Assembly (NCBI GenBank): GCA_973895155.1
Contig: OZ316898.1
Coordinates: 3,906,480-3,970,479 of the forward strand
Source of the DNA: Marsupella aquatica
Lineage: Eukaryota; Plantae; Marchantiophyta
Length of the DNA stretch: 64,000 nucleotides
Direction: 5' to 3'
The translations under genes were made by a program, and so were the position numbers. A model generated the notes under the pieces. It was not told where the DNA came from. It ran no database searches and saw nothing but the letters and a program-made list of their open reading frames with translations. Below are positions 1-12,595 of this stretch, in pieces (position 1 is the stretch's first letter; every line of letters starts with the position of its first letter).

Positions 1-340
1 GAGATCAGCCGATTCACGTCGCGAAATCTCCCCAGATAAAGCTGCCAAAGTTACGTTTATGACGTTTCGCGATGCCAATGGCCCGTACCTCTGCTGCAAT
101 CTTCAGGAGCCAGATTACAAATAGGGAATTTGCAGAACACAGAGGCTCTTTCCCTATCTTCGGGCAGTCGGACACTGAGCGACGCTACTGGAGGCGAGCT
201 AGACAGAGATATTTTCACGCTGCTGTATGTGGAAGGTTTTATAGTCTCAGGCGGTTTGAGGGATGTAGCACGGATAAAACAGTTCGACGACTCGATGAAA
301 TTTGGTTGTGGTAGCTTTGGTCAAGTCAAGTCACTTTGAT
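1..340 (-). promoter_or_regulatory. 5' UTR/promoter of a third Pro-rich (PELPK-like) gene copy whose ATG lies just left of the window; TATAAAA at 237-243 (-)
   Basis: 1-340 aligns colinearly with 11397-11745, the sequence directly upstream of the ATG of the 10780-11391 gene (shared blocks gagatcagcc, aaagctgccaaag, cagaggctctttccctatct, cagttcgacga, tcgatgaaatttggttgtggtagctttggtca). Confidence 0.85.
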
Positions 341-416
341 CCCTGTCGGTAATCACACATCAATGTGTTGTGTTCACTCATTGATTTAAAGAATATACCA
401 CATAAATGTTAATATC

Positions 417-602
417 TGTTAAATTATGAAATATATATACACCAACAAAAGATGATTGAATTTCTCTTAAGTCAATGTGACTTATTATATGTTGTACATT
501 GGGGTAGTTGTAACTACCCTCTCCTAGTCTTGTGTCTCTTTATATCTAGGTATTGCATACCTCTTTGTATCATATGGACTAAGGGTTAAATATATTCTAA
601 CA
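417..602 (-). repeat. 3' LTR of the Bianca-like Copia (186 bp)
   Basis: TGTTAAATT...TTCTAACA, identical by eye to 5790-5975; adjacent PPT. Confidence 0.95.
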
Positions 603-956
603 CTCCCCCTTGGTTACTTTATGTTTCTTAAAGTAGCCATTTTGGAAATAAATTTAAGCCTAGTTCTGAATATAATGGAAAAACTCATTGGGGTATGACC
701 TCATTAAAAACCCCCTGCTTTCTTCTGGGGTAAAAAGAGTGTCACTACCTTACATGTAATGAGTTAAAACTAGTAAGAAAGGAGTGTAATCATGTATGGC
801 TAAATTTAAACGAGTGTTTGATAGGATGTGTCGAAGTGTTTGAGTATGGAGAACATACGTTCAGTAGAATATGCATAGAACAGAGGAAGTATTGTGGGGA
901 AACATAGTGTTGTTGAGTCGCAATGGAATAAGAAGTTTATGGAAGAGGTGGGGAAG

Positions 957-3900
957 TCAGATTGCAGTGAAGTCCGATAATCTACGGAGTCCTATTCCAG
1001 TCGAATGCGCTTCGTGGAGAATGCGAGGTAAGGGCTTCGTAAAAAGGTCAGCGCGATTATCTTTAGAAGGTATCCATTGAACATTGATTTGGTCCCCGTG
1101 CTGTTCATGCGTGTGGAAAAATTTGGGGGCAATATGTTTGATTCGGTCGCCCTTGATGAAGCCCTTAACTATCTGGTCAACACAAGGCTTGTTATCCTCG
1201 TAGATGATAGTAGGCTTGGTAAGAATTGCATGGCCTGTAGACGACTGGATGTGATTGATAAGTTGTCGAAGCCACAGGCATTCTCGGCTGGCTTCGTATA
1301 GTGCTATGATTTCCGCATGGTTGGAGGATGTGGTCGTCAAAGTTTGCTTGGTACTTTTCCAGGATATGGCTGTATGTCCTTGTAGAAATACATATCCCGT
1401 CTGGGATTTCGCATCATCAGGGTCCGTAAGGTAACCTGCATCTGCGTAACCAATTAATTTGTTAGGCACATCTTTAGGGTAATAGAGGCCAGTATCAATT
1501 GTACCTTGAAGGTAGCGCAGTATCCTCTTAATGCCATTCCAATGTCTAATAGTCGGTTGGGAGCTGTGGCGAGCAAGCAAGTGGACAGCAAAAGAGATGT
1601 CTGGGCGGGTTTGATTCGCCAGGTACATCAAGGCTCCTATAGCAGAGAGGTAAGGTTTCTCTGGGCCCAAGATTGGTTCGTGTTCGGTCCTGCGCTTATA
1701 CATATCTCTGGATGTGTCTGAAGATCGAATTTCCATAGGTGTCGTGACTGGATAGCTTTTGTCCATGTTGAATTGTTTTAATAGTTTTCTGGTATATGTA
1801 GATTGATGAATAAGAATACCGTTGGATAAATGTTCGAATTGAATGCCAATACAAAATAGGGGTTGACCAATATCCTTCATTTCGAATATGCTCTTAAGTG
1901 TGGTAATGGTTTGATCCATAATGAGTTTAGTACCCATTAGGTTAATGTCGTCGACATATATGGCTATGATTATAAATTCAGTGCCATGTCTTTTGATAAA
2001 AAGGCAAGGGGCAATGTCCTCGTTCACGAAACCAAGTGCAAGCATCTCTGCACGGAAACGTTTATACCAGATGCGGCCACTCTGCTTTAAACCATAGAGT
2101 GACCTAAGAACCTGTACAGCAAATGCTTTCTCTGGTTTCTTGGCTTTATTGATTCTGTGGTGAACAGGATTTACCTCAGCGAGTAAGTCAGTATAATTCA
2201 ATGGTGAATCCGCTGACTGTTCACCATTAGCAATTTGCTGGGCCTTTTTATTTTGGACCGCTGATGAGTCATGTATTTCAGCAGGTATCATCTGGCCTGA
2301 GTGAATGAGATGGTCCTTAAAGTCCTGTGTAGGGACAATCTTATCAATACCCGACTTTAGGTCCGGGGTTGGGGAGGTTGTGCTCCCCCTTAATGTGGAA
2401 AATTACCCTCTGAATTAATTCAGGTGGAGCTTGCATTTGTATGTCAGTATCAAGTATACCGTAAAGGTAAGCAGTTACCACGTCCATAAGATGCATACGA
2501 ATTTGATGTGTGAGGGCAAAAGCAATCAGATATCGGTAGGTAATGGAGTCCATGACCGGTGAATGAGTAAGGTCGTAATCTTTGCCATATATTTGCGTGT
2601 AGCCTCTAGCCACAAGTCTGGCTTTGTAGCGGATTACTTCACCTGCGGCATTATGTTTGCGTATCAATATAATCCTATACCCAGTTAGGTGTTGTGTAGC
2701 AGGGACGATTCGGAGTTCTCCAAAAACTTGGCGAGATATCAGAGAATCAAGCTCGGAGTTAATAGCAGAGTTCCATTTGGGCCAGTCTGGTCGTTGTTGT
2801 GCTTCTTTAATTGTCCGAGGTTCTGGTAAATCTTTAGTTATATCCTGGGATATAAGAAAAGCAAAATGCTCATCTGGTTCAGTTAAATTTCGATGCCATA
2901 AATGTCCAGTATGCATATAGTGGATGGATATTTCTTCATTGTCATCCTGTATAATTGGTGGTAATTGTAAGGATAAATGTGTTGATACAGGTGTCTTCTG
3001 CCATGGTCTAGAGTCTTTGGAACCTGAAGGTCTGCCTCGCTTAGCCTTGGGAGCGAGGTCTGTGGCTCGTGTATCTGGTATATGAATTCTCGCAGGAGTA
3101 TTGGCTGCATCTATATGTGATTTCGTTACATTTGTAGCATCATTAAATGCGTAAGGTATTTTCTCCATAATTTGATGGAGATTCAGAATGTGTTTCACTT
3201 CATCGTTTGTCAATTGAGTACGAGGATCATTCCAGAATGGATCCTTTGTTGTCCATTCTAATGTGTGTGTTGAGACAGGCTGTTTGGAGAGTTGTGCTGG
3301 AGTTAGAAGTGTTGGGAAGATGTCTTCACAGAATTTACAGTCCTGGTATCGAGCTCGAAACACATCAGCAGTGGTGGGTTCAAGATACCTTATTATCGAG
3401 GGAGAGTCGTAGCCAACATAGATGCCACGTCGACGCTGTGGTCCCATCTTGGTGTGGTTGGGGCCAAGAATGGGTACTAGAACAAGGCAGCCAAACACTT
3501 TCAGGTGTGTAATATCTGGTATAGAGCCATATGCTAGTTGGTGTGGTGTGTAAATATTAAAAGCCGATGGTCTATATCGCAGTAGTGCAGCGCCATGGAG
3601 TATAGCATGTCCCCAGGCTGTAAGTGGGAGTTGTGTCTGTAATAGCATAGGTCTTGAGATCATCTGTAAACGTTTTATTAATGCCTCTGCAGTACCATTC
3701 TGGAAATGTACATATGGTACTGAGTATTGGATTGTGATGCCCAGGACTTGACAGAAGTCATCGAATGCTGGTGATGTAAATTCGCCAGCATTATCAATTC
3801 AAATTATTTTGGTAGGAGAGTCAGGGAATTGAGTGCGAAGACGTATAAGCTGTGTTAGCAGTCTGGCAAAGACAAGGTTTCTTGTGGAAATTAAAGAAAC

Positions 3901-5628
3901 AGAGGACCATTTGGTGGAGGAGCATATCATTACTAGGAAAAACCTAAATGGTCCACTCGGTGGATCAATAGGTCCGCAGACGTCCACATTGATCTGTGAG
4001 AGGAAGTCAGGGATTTGATAGGTGTTCTTAGTGGAAGCTGGATGAGTGATAAATTTGCCTTGTGCACAGGGGATGCAAGTGTCTAACTTCGTGGATGGGT
4101 GTACTCCTTTTGGTATGCCAATGGTGTTCTTCATAATTTTATGGTACATCCCTGGGCCTGGGTGGCCGAGGCGGATATGCCATAATTCTGTTGGGGATAA
4201 TTGTTGTCGTTGGGAATTGTAAGACATGATCTTAGTGGCATAAACGCCGGGGGGATGGAGTGGTAATGTCTCTAGTGTGATGGGGCCATCATCAGTTTCT
4301 CGAAAAATCTGTAGAGAGTTTATGTGGTTGTCGGGTGCAGAGCGTATATGGAGATTGTTTTGACGGACATCATGGAAACTTAGTAAGTTCCGTGTCGCGA
4401 GTGGGGCATATATGGCAGATGCAATTTTAATGTTTGTGCCTTGAGGAAGGGTAAGTTGGGCAGGTCCATGGCCTTCCTCTAATTGGTTTATACCTGTGAT
4501 AGTAGTCACAGGTCTATTTGATGGGTATATGTGCTGGAAATAACATTTGTCTTTTAGGATTGAGTGAGAAGTGCCGCTGTCAAGAATGCAAATATCAGCA
4601 CCGGCGAGAGATGTGTCATTTACTTCATGTGATATTATATGAACCTCTGATGGGGGAGGTGTAAGCGTGTATTTGGAGAGATCGTCATCGATCTCCAAGT
4701 GATGTGCGGCTGTTAAGGTGTTGGATGTTGTGAGGGAGGCCTGGTATAGTTTGACTAGGTGAGCTTGAACTCTGCAATTCTTTTGGATATGCCCTGTCCC
4801 ACCGCAACGGAAACACTTGGGCTGATTATTTGTGGGATAACTCTGTGCAGGTTTATTTGGCATTTGATTGGGGTTACGATACCAAGAATTCATGGGGGGC
4901 TTGAAGTTTTTGCCTTTGTCTGTGCGAAATTGTTGTCTCTTGTGGAATTTATTAAAACGACTTGGATTGCCTTTAAATTGGCCACAAGGTCGGTTGTAAG
5001 AGGAATTACCTCTATTGGTATTCGTGAATTGTATTTCCGGTTTAGGAAGCGTGCCTGGTGGTCGCTCGTGAGAGTTCTTCAAAAGGAGGAGGTCATTCTT
5101 TTCAGCCAGGAGCATGACTGCAATCAAATCTGAGAATTGGGTGAAATGGCGTTGTCTATAAATCTGCGATAACTGCATGTTTGCTGCTGAGAATGTAGAT
5201 AGAGTCTTTTCGATCTTTGCTGCTTCATCAATTGGTTCGCCGCAGGCTGCTAGCTGAGCAGTTATCCGAAATAAGGCGCTATTGAATTTGGCAATTGTAG
5301 GGTAGTCTAGAACTCGTAAATGAATCCATTCATTTCGTGCAGCTGGTAGGGAAATTAGACGCAGATGGTCAAACCTCAATTTGAGAGCGTCCCATAGGGC
5401 TTGGGGATTAAACTCTGTAAGGTATTCAAGTTGTAGTTCGGCAGCGAGGTGATGGCGAATGATATATAGTGCCTGAGCCTTTTGTTGTAATGTGCCATTG
5501 ATATCTGCTAAGATAATGTCGCCGAGGCCTTTCATGTTGAGAACAATTTCTGTATTCTGTGCCCAAGATAAATAATTGTCGCCATCTGTTGCGAGCAATG
5601 GGAATTGGAGCTTCTCCAATGTTGTCAT
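957..5628 (-). pseudogene. Copia gag-pol polyprotein with one in-frame stop (3799-3801) and one frameshift (~2344-2400)
   Basis: Zinc knuckle CFRCGGTGHIQKNC, protease ILDSGTSH, GAG-pre-integrase WHIRLGH, integrase VDVCGP / DNAGEF, RT KARLVARG / SLYGLKQSG / YVDD, RNase H YADA / YEDN / ADLFTK. ORFs 3799-5628, 2344-3663 (same frame) and 957-2291. Confidence 0.93.
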
Positions 5629-5777
5629 AGTCGATGAAAATTTTGTGGTGTACTTGGCGAAAGAAAAGAAAATGTGTCTTGGGGAATTTCGTTCGATGCT
5701 TCGTTCACAAGAAATAGGAAAAAAAATTCACAAGAGGCCTATGAGTAGCTCGAGAGTTGTTGGAGGAGCAAAATCAT

Positions 5778-5788
5778 GTGCTGATAAC
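5778..5788 (-). other. Primer-binding site complementary to the anticodon region (half-molecule) of tRNA-Ile
   Basis: Minus strand reads GTTATCAGCAC next to the 5' LTR; plus strand GTGCTGATAAC matches the tRNA-Ile(AAU) anticodon arm GTGCTAATAAC with G at the wobble position. No TGG (CCA-end) PBS is present. Confidence 0.7.
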
Positions 5789-5789
5789 T

Positions 5790-5975
5790 TGTTAAATTAT
5801 GAAATATATATACACCAACAAAAGATGATTGAATTTCTCTTAAGTCAATGTGACTTATTATATGTTGTACATTGGGGTAGTTGTAACTACCCTCTCCTAG
5901 TCTTGTGTCTCTTTATATCTAGGTATTGCATACCTCTTTGTATCATATGGACTAAGGGTTAAATATATTCTAACA
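5790..5975 (-). repeat. 5' LTR of the Bianca-like Copia (186 bp)
   Basis: Identical to 417-602; followed by TSD ATATC. Confidence 0.95.
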
Positions 5976-6314
5976 ATATCTAGGATTATCATGGTATGGA
6001 TGGATGTTATAAACCACATATGTCAAATTTGATGTGTAGTTACCGGTACCCACTTTGATTAGTCACGTGATATACTTATGCCGAAGTAGTAAAATAATTC
6101 GGGGCTGAGTCTGGTGTATGCGCCAACTTACCTACCCATCACTCATGGGTTCTAGTGTGTCGTACTTGCTCCTTGAATCAATGAATCTCGCATCGCGTCT
6201 TGTGAGCTTTCAGAGTCAAACGCCGATTACGGGGGACTTTTTTGGAAGAAGGGTTATCGCGGTGGTATTTCGCATCTGGGACACTAGAATACTCGCTCTG
6301 TTCGTACCCGGTAC

Positions 6315-6419
6315 TTCATTCATTGCTAGTGTAGAGAGCAATCAGCCGCCTGCCAACGGAGAATGTTTCATTCATTCCTAGTGTAGAGAGCAATCATGCC
6401 GCCTGCCAACGGAGAATGT
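6315..6419. repeat. 52-bp tandem duplication (2 copies)
   Basis: ttcattcatt(g/c)ctagtgtagagagcaatca...gccgcctgccaacggagaatgt at 6315 and 6367. Confidence 0.85.
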
Positions 6420-8963
6420 ATGACATGATGATGGATGGAAGTTATCGAAGAACTTAAGTGGCAAACAACAGTGCCCGGCAGACAGCTATCCATTTTCTTT
6501 ATTATTGTAAGCTTACGAAATGATTAGGGATCCACTATCGTTCGGATGGTCTGGCTCTTGTTAGGAATTCGGAGCGGAATCGTCACCAATCATTGGAATC
6601 CATTATCGTTCGGATGGTCTGTCCCTTATGAATTCGGAGCGAGTCGTCATGCAGAGAATTGCTGGGTGGGCGATGAGTCCCAGTTCGGAACGAGTCAGTA
6701 AGGTTCCCAGACTGAGGCTCCTTTGAGTGAAGACTTGTCTCGGTGTGGCACCAAGTTTCATTTCCACTTGGGCCCCGACACCTACACTATTCGGAGCTGT
6801 ATCCATGGGCCAAAGTGCATTCGCAAGTTGAAATTGGGTTGAGGGCATGCAGGACCACGTGTAGGTACCAAATGCGGGTTAAGTCAAGTACTCAGCCCTA
6901 AGTTGCAATGAGACTTCCCGAAAATTACGTTTCTATTAGTTTCGTGATGTTAAAAACCTTTGGGGCAGGGTTCCATTCCTAATCTTGAATTGATTGTGTC
7001 CGTCCAAAGTGGTGACTATGGCAAGCTAGATGGCAGTGGCAGACCGTGCCCAATTAGTTCCTTCTACCCTAGTTTCTGCAATGGTCTATGTCCCCTAGAT
7101 TGCCTGATCTTAGGACTTTCTCCAATGATGCAGTGTTGGTAAACTCAAACACTGATCGGCACAGTCCTGCTTTTTAGAACAGATGCAGTTTGGTCGGACA
7201 CGAAGAAGAATGTCATGACTTCCGGTGCGGGCTGCGGGCTTCATGTATACCGGTTGTGCTCATATCTGTTGAATTGTTTCATTTCCTGAGGCTTGCTAGT
7301 CAAAGCATTCATTCGAGGCCAAGAAAATAAATGTTCCATTCACAATTTTAGTCACATTTTTCTTTAGCAGAAACTCAAAATCGTATAAGGGGTCACTCTT
7401 TATAATGTTGAAAAACAGTCTCAAGATTTTGAATAGGGTTTACAGTAGCATGGTCAAAGGAACCGATCCTTGCTCAGCCAACACTGTGTTAGGTGGTGGA
7501 ATTCCTATCAGCTTAAGTTTGAAATGGGTGAGTCATGTTGAGCTGTTAGCCTCACCTCTCGGAGTCCACATCTCCTTTTTGTATTTTTCTGTGTAAGCTC
7601 GCACCCGCGAATTCACTACAGGCCCGAAAGTTGCTGACACGTTCTGACAATTTTAAATAATTGGCAAGGAATAGCGGTATTCATTCGAGTGTTCCTACGA
7701 CACCTTCTCTGAATAGTTCAACAAGGGAAGCTGGAAGGAGGTCCTGGAGAAGACTAAAAAGTTGCTGAAGAAGAAGAGAGAGAGTGTACCTAAAGCTAGC
7801 GATATATATATGGAACATTATATATATATATTTTACACTAAACTGCTACACTCGAGCATCATCATTCTAATGTTTCCGAGCTGAACTTCTGCAGATAAGA
7901 AGGATGTTTTTAAAAAACCTCATGATGAACTGGATTTACATGCACCCAAACCAGGCCAAACATGCGAGACAATCTAGTTCGATCCGTTCACACATTTTAT
8001 CGGGTACTCTCTCTTGGTTTCGGGGACATTCCTTCCATCTCCAGTCTCCTATCAGGGACAGCACTCGCATATCTGGACAGCAAAGGAAGACTGAACATTT
8101 GACTGTGAAGTGAGAACTGCAAACTTCGAGTCCGAACTAGGTGGTAACATGGAAGGAGTCTCACATTCGAAATCCTGACAGACTTGTGCGACCGCGGTGG
8201 TAGAAAGTATCATTTGAGGAGTACGATGAGTTAGGGTGGTAGGATTAAAGAATTGTGCTCCCCTAGCTCGCTGGAAACAATCCTACAAAGCTCAAAGCAG
8301 AACAGGATACAGATTGCTATTGAGCATATCGAAGGGAACTTCGCCAATTCCTCTGTCTTTCTTGTCCCTGGGACTCCACCTCTTCTTCTCTTGCTTGCCA
8401 TCCTCCTTGCTTAACTGCCGAAAGGATGCACCACTGCCCACTCATCACTTCCTGGATGATGAAGCTCCAAAAGGTTTCAGCCTGATTATCGTCGTTACCC
8501 GCCGGAAAACGTTCTCCCCTCGACACAATCCCGGGGACACAATCTCTGTCAAAATGATGTCCACCGTGTGCGCAACAAGCGTTTGTCCCACAGTTTCAAC
8601 GCGATGCTCGGCTCTCAAAGATGACATGGGCCTGATTGGAGACGAGCCTGGCCTCGGAGATACATAGATCATAGATCCTCCCATTGATGACTTCACATCC
8701 GAATTGTACTCTCGCGTCTATCAAGCTGGCGCAATCTCTCCACTGCCTTCGCCCACAGCAAGAGCCACCACATTCGCTTTGCTGCTCTATTCGTAGTAGG
8801 TCTGCGATCATCTTCCCAGACGATAGATTTTCCCATCCAGTGAAACGCATTAGCCGTGCCCCGGGAATTTCAGTTCGCCAAGATTCTGAATTGGAGCCAG
8901 CAAGGCACAAGAATTGTCTCCATGGAGCTGAGGGCAACCATTCAGGAAAATATATGCCCGGTC

Positions 8964-11950
8964 CTTGCTTCTCCTTTTCTTGTCGGATGGACCACAAACG
9001 TGAGTCACAAGAACAAGCCTCTCTGATGAACGAGATTGAACTCTCACATCGTACACCTGGTGAGTCCGATTACGCGCAGCCAAGCTCTACTCACCGATGA
9101 CAAGAGGTGAAATGCTCGCCATGGCAGCTTCGGAGCGATCTCTTGCAAGGTCGCTTAGTTTCGGATCCCGGGAATGAGTGCTCATCAATCCCTTGAAATC
9201 TTTGCTCCATGTTACATACCTATCGTTCGACAGCGAGTTACAACAATATTCTTCTGTCTGGGGAGGCACTTTAGGTGAATGAATTCGTTGCTGCGTATGG
9301 GCCATCGATCAAGCATTGTCTTGTTTGAGGCCGCAGCGAGCTCGGTTTAGTTCCTTTGATAACATTGTTACTATGTCTGGATAATTTGACATCGTTTAAG
9401 GGGCTCTCTGCAGTCCTGAATTGGGTATTAACCTCTTCTCGGCATGTTGATGAGAGATTGAAGAGATAGGACAGGCAGCATCTCCATCCAATCCGCAACT
9501 TGGGTCACGGAAGACTCAGGCAAATGATTGTCAATTACATGCCATCATCTGCCTCGATCACGGCATCGTAGGTTTCCCGCAAATTCGGCCCAGCTTTAAT
9601 TCACAGGACAAGACATTACGAGGCCAATTCTATCCCCTACAATCTTCAAAATACAAAGTCTGTCCCCTCTCTTGATTCCCCAAAATGACTCAGTTCTTAG
9701 CTCCCTTTGTTGGAGTCCGTCATTTAATAGTCCTCCAGGTCCTTTCACATTTGAGTTATCATGACATTATGCATGGAATTAATTTTCAGGAATCACATTC
9801 CTTGATTCTGACAAATATTCTCGGATGACGGTCACTGTCTTTGTTGTGGAGAAGAAAAGTAGAGCTCTGCACTATTTTTCTAAACTAATTTTCTAAAGCG
9901 AATCGGTCTCGATGGCCCTCAACTTGTCATTCCTGCTCGTGCGTTGTACGACTGTGCACCTAATTCAGCTCGGACTTTGTGTACGAGGCACATGCATGAT
10001 GATGTCGTCTCAGAACAATGAACAGGAAATCAATGACACGTTGGTAATAGATTCATTTCGATGGAGAGCACTAGTGAAATGAACAATCAATTGTAGCAGA
10101 TGGGAGATCACGTCATATTTTCAACTGTCGTTTTCGCAATCCACTTGAGTTGTCTTCATGGGACAAATTGGAAGACATGGAAAAAATGGTTACATCTTGA
10201 GGAACGAGTTACTCAGTCGTGTCCTCACTGTACGTCTCCCAGTCTGCATCGTAATTTGCGAAGCAATTTATCGCACCACTTATTATTCTAGAACAAGAAT
10301 GAATCCAGTTATGATTCAATTGTCCCACTTATTTTTCTAACCCAAGAAGTATTTAGCTCTCGATCTAGCTATGACCCAATTTGGTCATTGCTATATAAAA
10401 ATTCTATTCACAACAACAGAATTGTGAACTGCTCTTGTCCACCTCAATCTTCTCCTTGCCAACTGCAAGGCTGTCACTGTGAACGTCGTCATTCCTGAAA
10501 AAGTATTTGGAAGTTCCCAGAATTCAGTGTCAACATAAGCAGACTTGGCAATAGTCACCTTTGCCGGTGCACCTGCAAGTCTTCTCTTGCTCCAGCTCTG
10601 AGTGCGTAGACAGCATTGAAGGGAGCGAATTCTATCAACTTCCTGGACGGAAGACGGTGATTTTTCATACGTCAACACATGAGAATTACAACAAACAGCT
10701 AAAAATTGAACTACGTACTATCCAAAATTCTTACCAGCTGAGACAGTACGTGGATTCGCAGCTAACAACTTGTATCTTGCTAGTTCTTGGTCTTGGTCTC
10801 CGCATGCTTCGGCAATGCACGTCGGGGAAATGAAAAACTCGTCGGAGGGATAGAAACTACGGGAACTTTGAAGCCCGGAAGGGTAAGCTCAGCGGGGTTG
10901 AACTTCGGGAGTGGGATAGTCGTTGCGGGCGTTGGAGGACTCGAGTAACCTGGGAATCGCACACCAGGCAAAGGAGGAAGGATGGTTCCCGATTTCAAGT
11001 TGATTCCGGGCAACGCAGGAATATGAATTGACTGAGGGGGCACAGAAGGCAAATGCAGGGACTTCAGGGGCTGCTCTGGAGGAATGGAGAATCCGGGCAC
11101 CTTGATCCCCGGGATGGTGACTTCGCTGGGAAGCGGGGGCAACTTTGGCAGGGATAGCGAAGGCAAGGATAGATGAGGGAGTGATGGCAACTTTGGCAGC
11201 GAGAGCGGGGGCAAAGAATAATGGGGGAGTGACGGCAACTTTGGCAGCGAGACATCCGGGAGAGCAGGTGCTGAGAAAGACACTTCAAACTCAAATCCAG
11301 TGGCAGAAGAGATCGAGGCCTGTGCGAGAACGCACAGAACCAACGCCAGTGCACTCATCAACGACCACCGCTTACTGGCAATCGCCGCCATGGTAAGAGA
11401 TCAGCCTATTCACGTCGCGGGATCCCCCTAGACAAAGCTGCCAAAGTCACTACGTTCGCGATGCCAGAGGCCCGGATCTCTGCTGTAATCAACGTCTTCA
11501 GGAGCCAGATTACAAATGTGAAATTTGAAGACAGAGGCTCTTTCCCTATCTCCGGGCAGTCGGACACGGGGACGGACACTGAGCGACGCTACTGTCTACT
11601 GCGGTGAACTAGACACAGATATTTTCATCGCTGCTGCATGCGGAAGATTTTATAGTCCCGGGTGATTCAAGGGATGTGACACGGATAGAACAGTTCGACG
11701 ATTCGATGAAATTTGGTTGTGGTAGCTTTGGTCAGGTCACCTTGATTACTAACGTGATTCAGTTCAGTCTGCCAAACTAGTGAAATAATTCGGGGCCGAG
11801 TTTGGTGTATGCAATGTAGTTACAGTGGGTCCTCAGTTCCTTGGTAGGTCTGTCAAACTGCAGATGTTACGCGCTCCTTTAATTTAATCAATGAATCTCG
11901 AATTGCGTTTGTGAGCACCTCAGAGTCAATCGCCGATTCGCGTTTTGAAA
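8964..11950. repeat. Left arm of an inverted segmental duplication (partner ~42480-45548) containing the Pro-rich gene and flanks
   Basis: Reverse-complement matches such as 9541-9605 vs 44940-45005, 10565-10685 vs 43900-44020 and 8975-9065 vs 45450-45548, plus the gene and its promoter. Confidence 0.9.
10780..11391 (-). CDS. Secreted Pro/Leu-rich protein, PELPK-like putative cell-wall protein (203 aa)
   Basis: Intact intronless ORF, accATGG context, hydrophobic signal peptide (SLMSALALVLCVLAQA), 16-aa repeats SLPKLPSLPHxSLPxL, TATAAAA at 11648-11654 (-); ORF conserved in the paralog at 43167-43802. Confidence 0.85.
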   Translation of the reverse strand: MAAIASKRWSLMSALALVLCVLAQASISSATGFEFEVSFSAPALPDVSLPKLPSLPHYSLPPLSLPKLPSLPHLSLPSLSLPKLPPLPSEVTIPGIKVPGFSIPPEQPLKSLHLPSVPPQSIHIPALPGINLKSGTILPPLPGVRFPGYSSPPTPATTIPLPKFNPAELTLPGFKVPVVSIPPTSFSFPRRALPKHAETKTKN

Positions 11951-12595
11951 GAGAATTTCTGGCGGTGGTTTTTGTGTTGGGAACATTACTAGGGAGTCTC
12001 AAATATGTGAATTTTGCAAGAGGGACCCAGAGTGTGTTGACTGGTTAGGCACCAAATGTCACACCTGACCAGTGATGCTCGAGATTTAGTGATCGATAAG
12101 CAGGGTCGGCAAAACGTGTAGACTACCTTGCGACTCTGTGCTTTGTCCCCGAAGGTCAAGAGTCAGACTTACAAGTGTTCAATGCCGAGTGCCACAACCC
12201 CACTCTATATTGACTGCCCCCAAAAACATCAGCCCGGGTGTACCCACTTACGGTGCGCCCGAGGGCTTCACTGGCCGCCTGCGAGGTCAATTTGTTTTCC
12301 GTATTTGAGATGCCCTACTCGATCTACTCAGCTGGGAATGCTAAGCTAAAGTCGGGTTGAACTTTGGGACTGTGATAGTTTTTGGGGCGGGCATTGGAGT
12401 ATATTGTAGTTATTTTCATTTCGAGTGGAAAGCTCCTCCTATCGAAGATTCAATTCTGAAATCCCATTTCTTTAGTGGACTACAGGAAAAAAAAAAGTTC
12501 AAATGACCCAACAAAAATGAGCATTTAAATAACTATAAAAGAGGGGGGAAGCTTGGAGAGAAGCTTAATTACCTTATTACCTAGAAGATTCCCAA

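Larger units (their letters stand above)
417..5975 (-). mobile_element. Full-length Ty1/Copia LTR retrotransposon, Bianca-like
   Basis: Two 186-bp TG...CA LTRs, 5-bp TSD ATATC (412-416, 5976-5980), PPT agggggag (603-610, -), PBS at 5778-5788, domain order gag-PR-INT-RT-RH; gag start MTTLEKLQFPLLATDGDNYLSW resembles Bianca gag. Confidence 0.95.
341..6050. mobile_element. ~146-bp Mutator-like MITE (341-416 plus 5981-6050), split by the Copia insertion
   Basis: 9-bp direct repeat CACTTTGAT at 332-340 and 6051-6059; imperfect terminal inverted repeats (cggtaatcacacatcaa / ttgatgtgtagttaccg); the paralogous promoter at ~11738-11750 has an empty site. Confidence 0.7.

Noticed and set aside
11064-11396. 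Overlapping alternative-frame and antisense ORFs over the Pro-rich gene (also 43162-43518)
   Set aside because: Shadow ORFs caused by GC-rich repetitive codons; only the signal-peptide frame makes sense.
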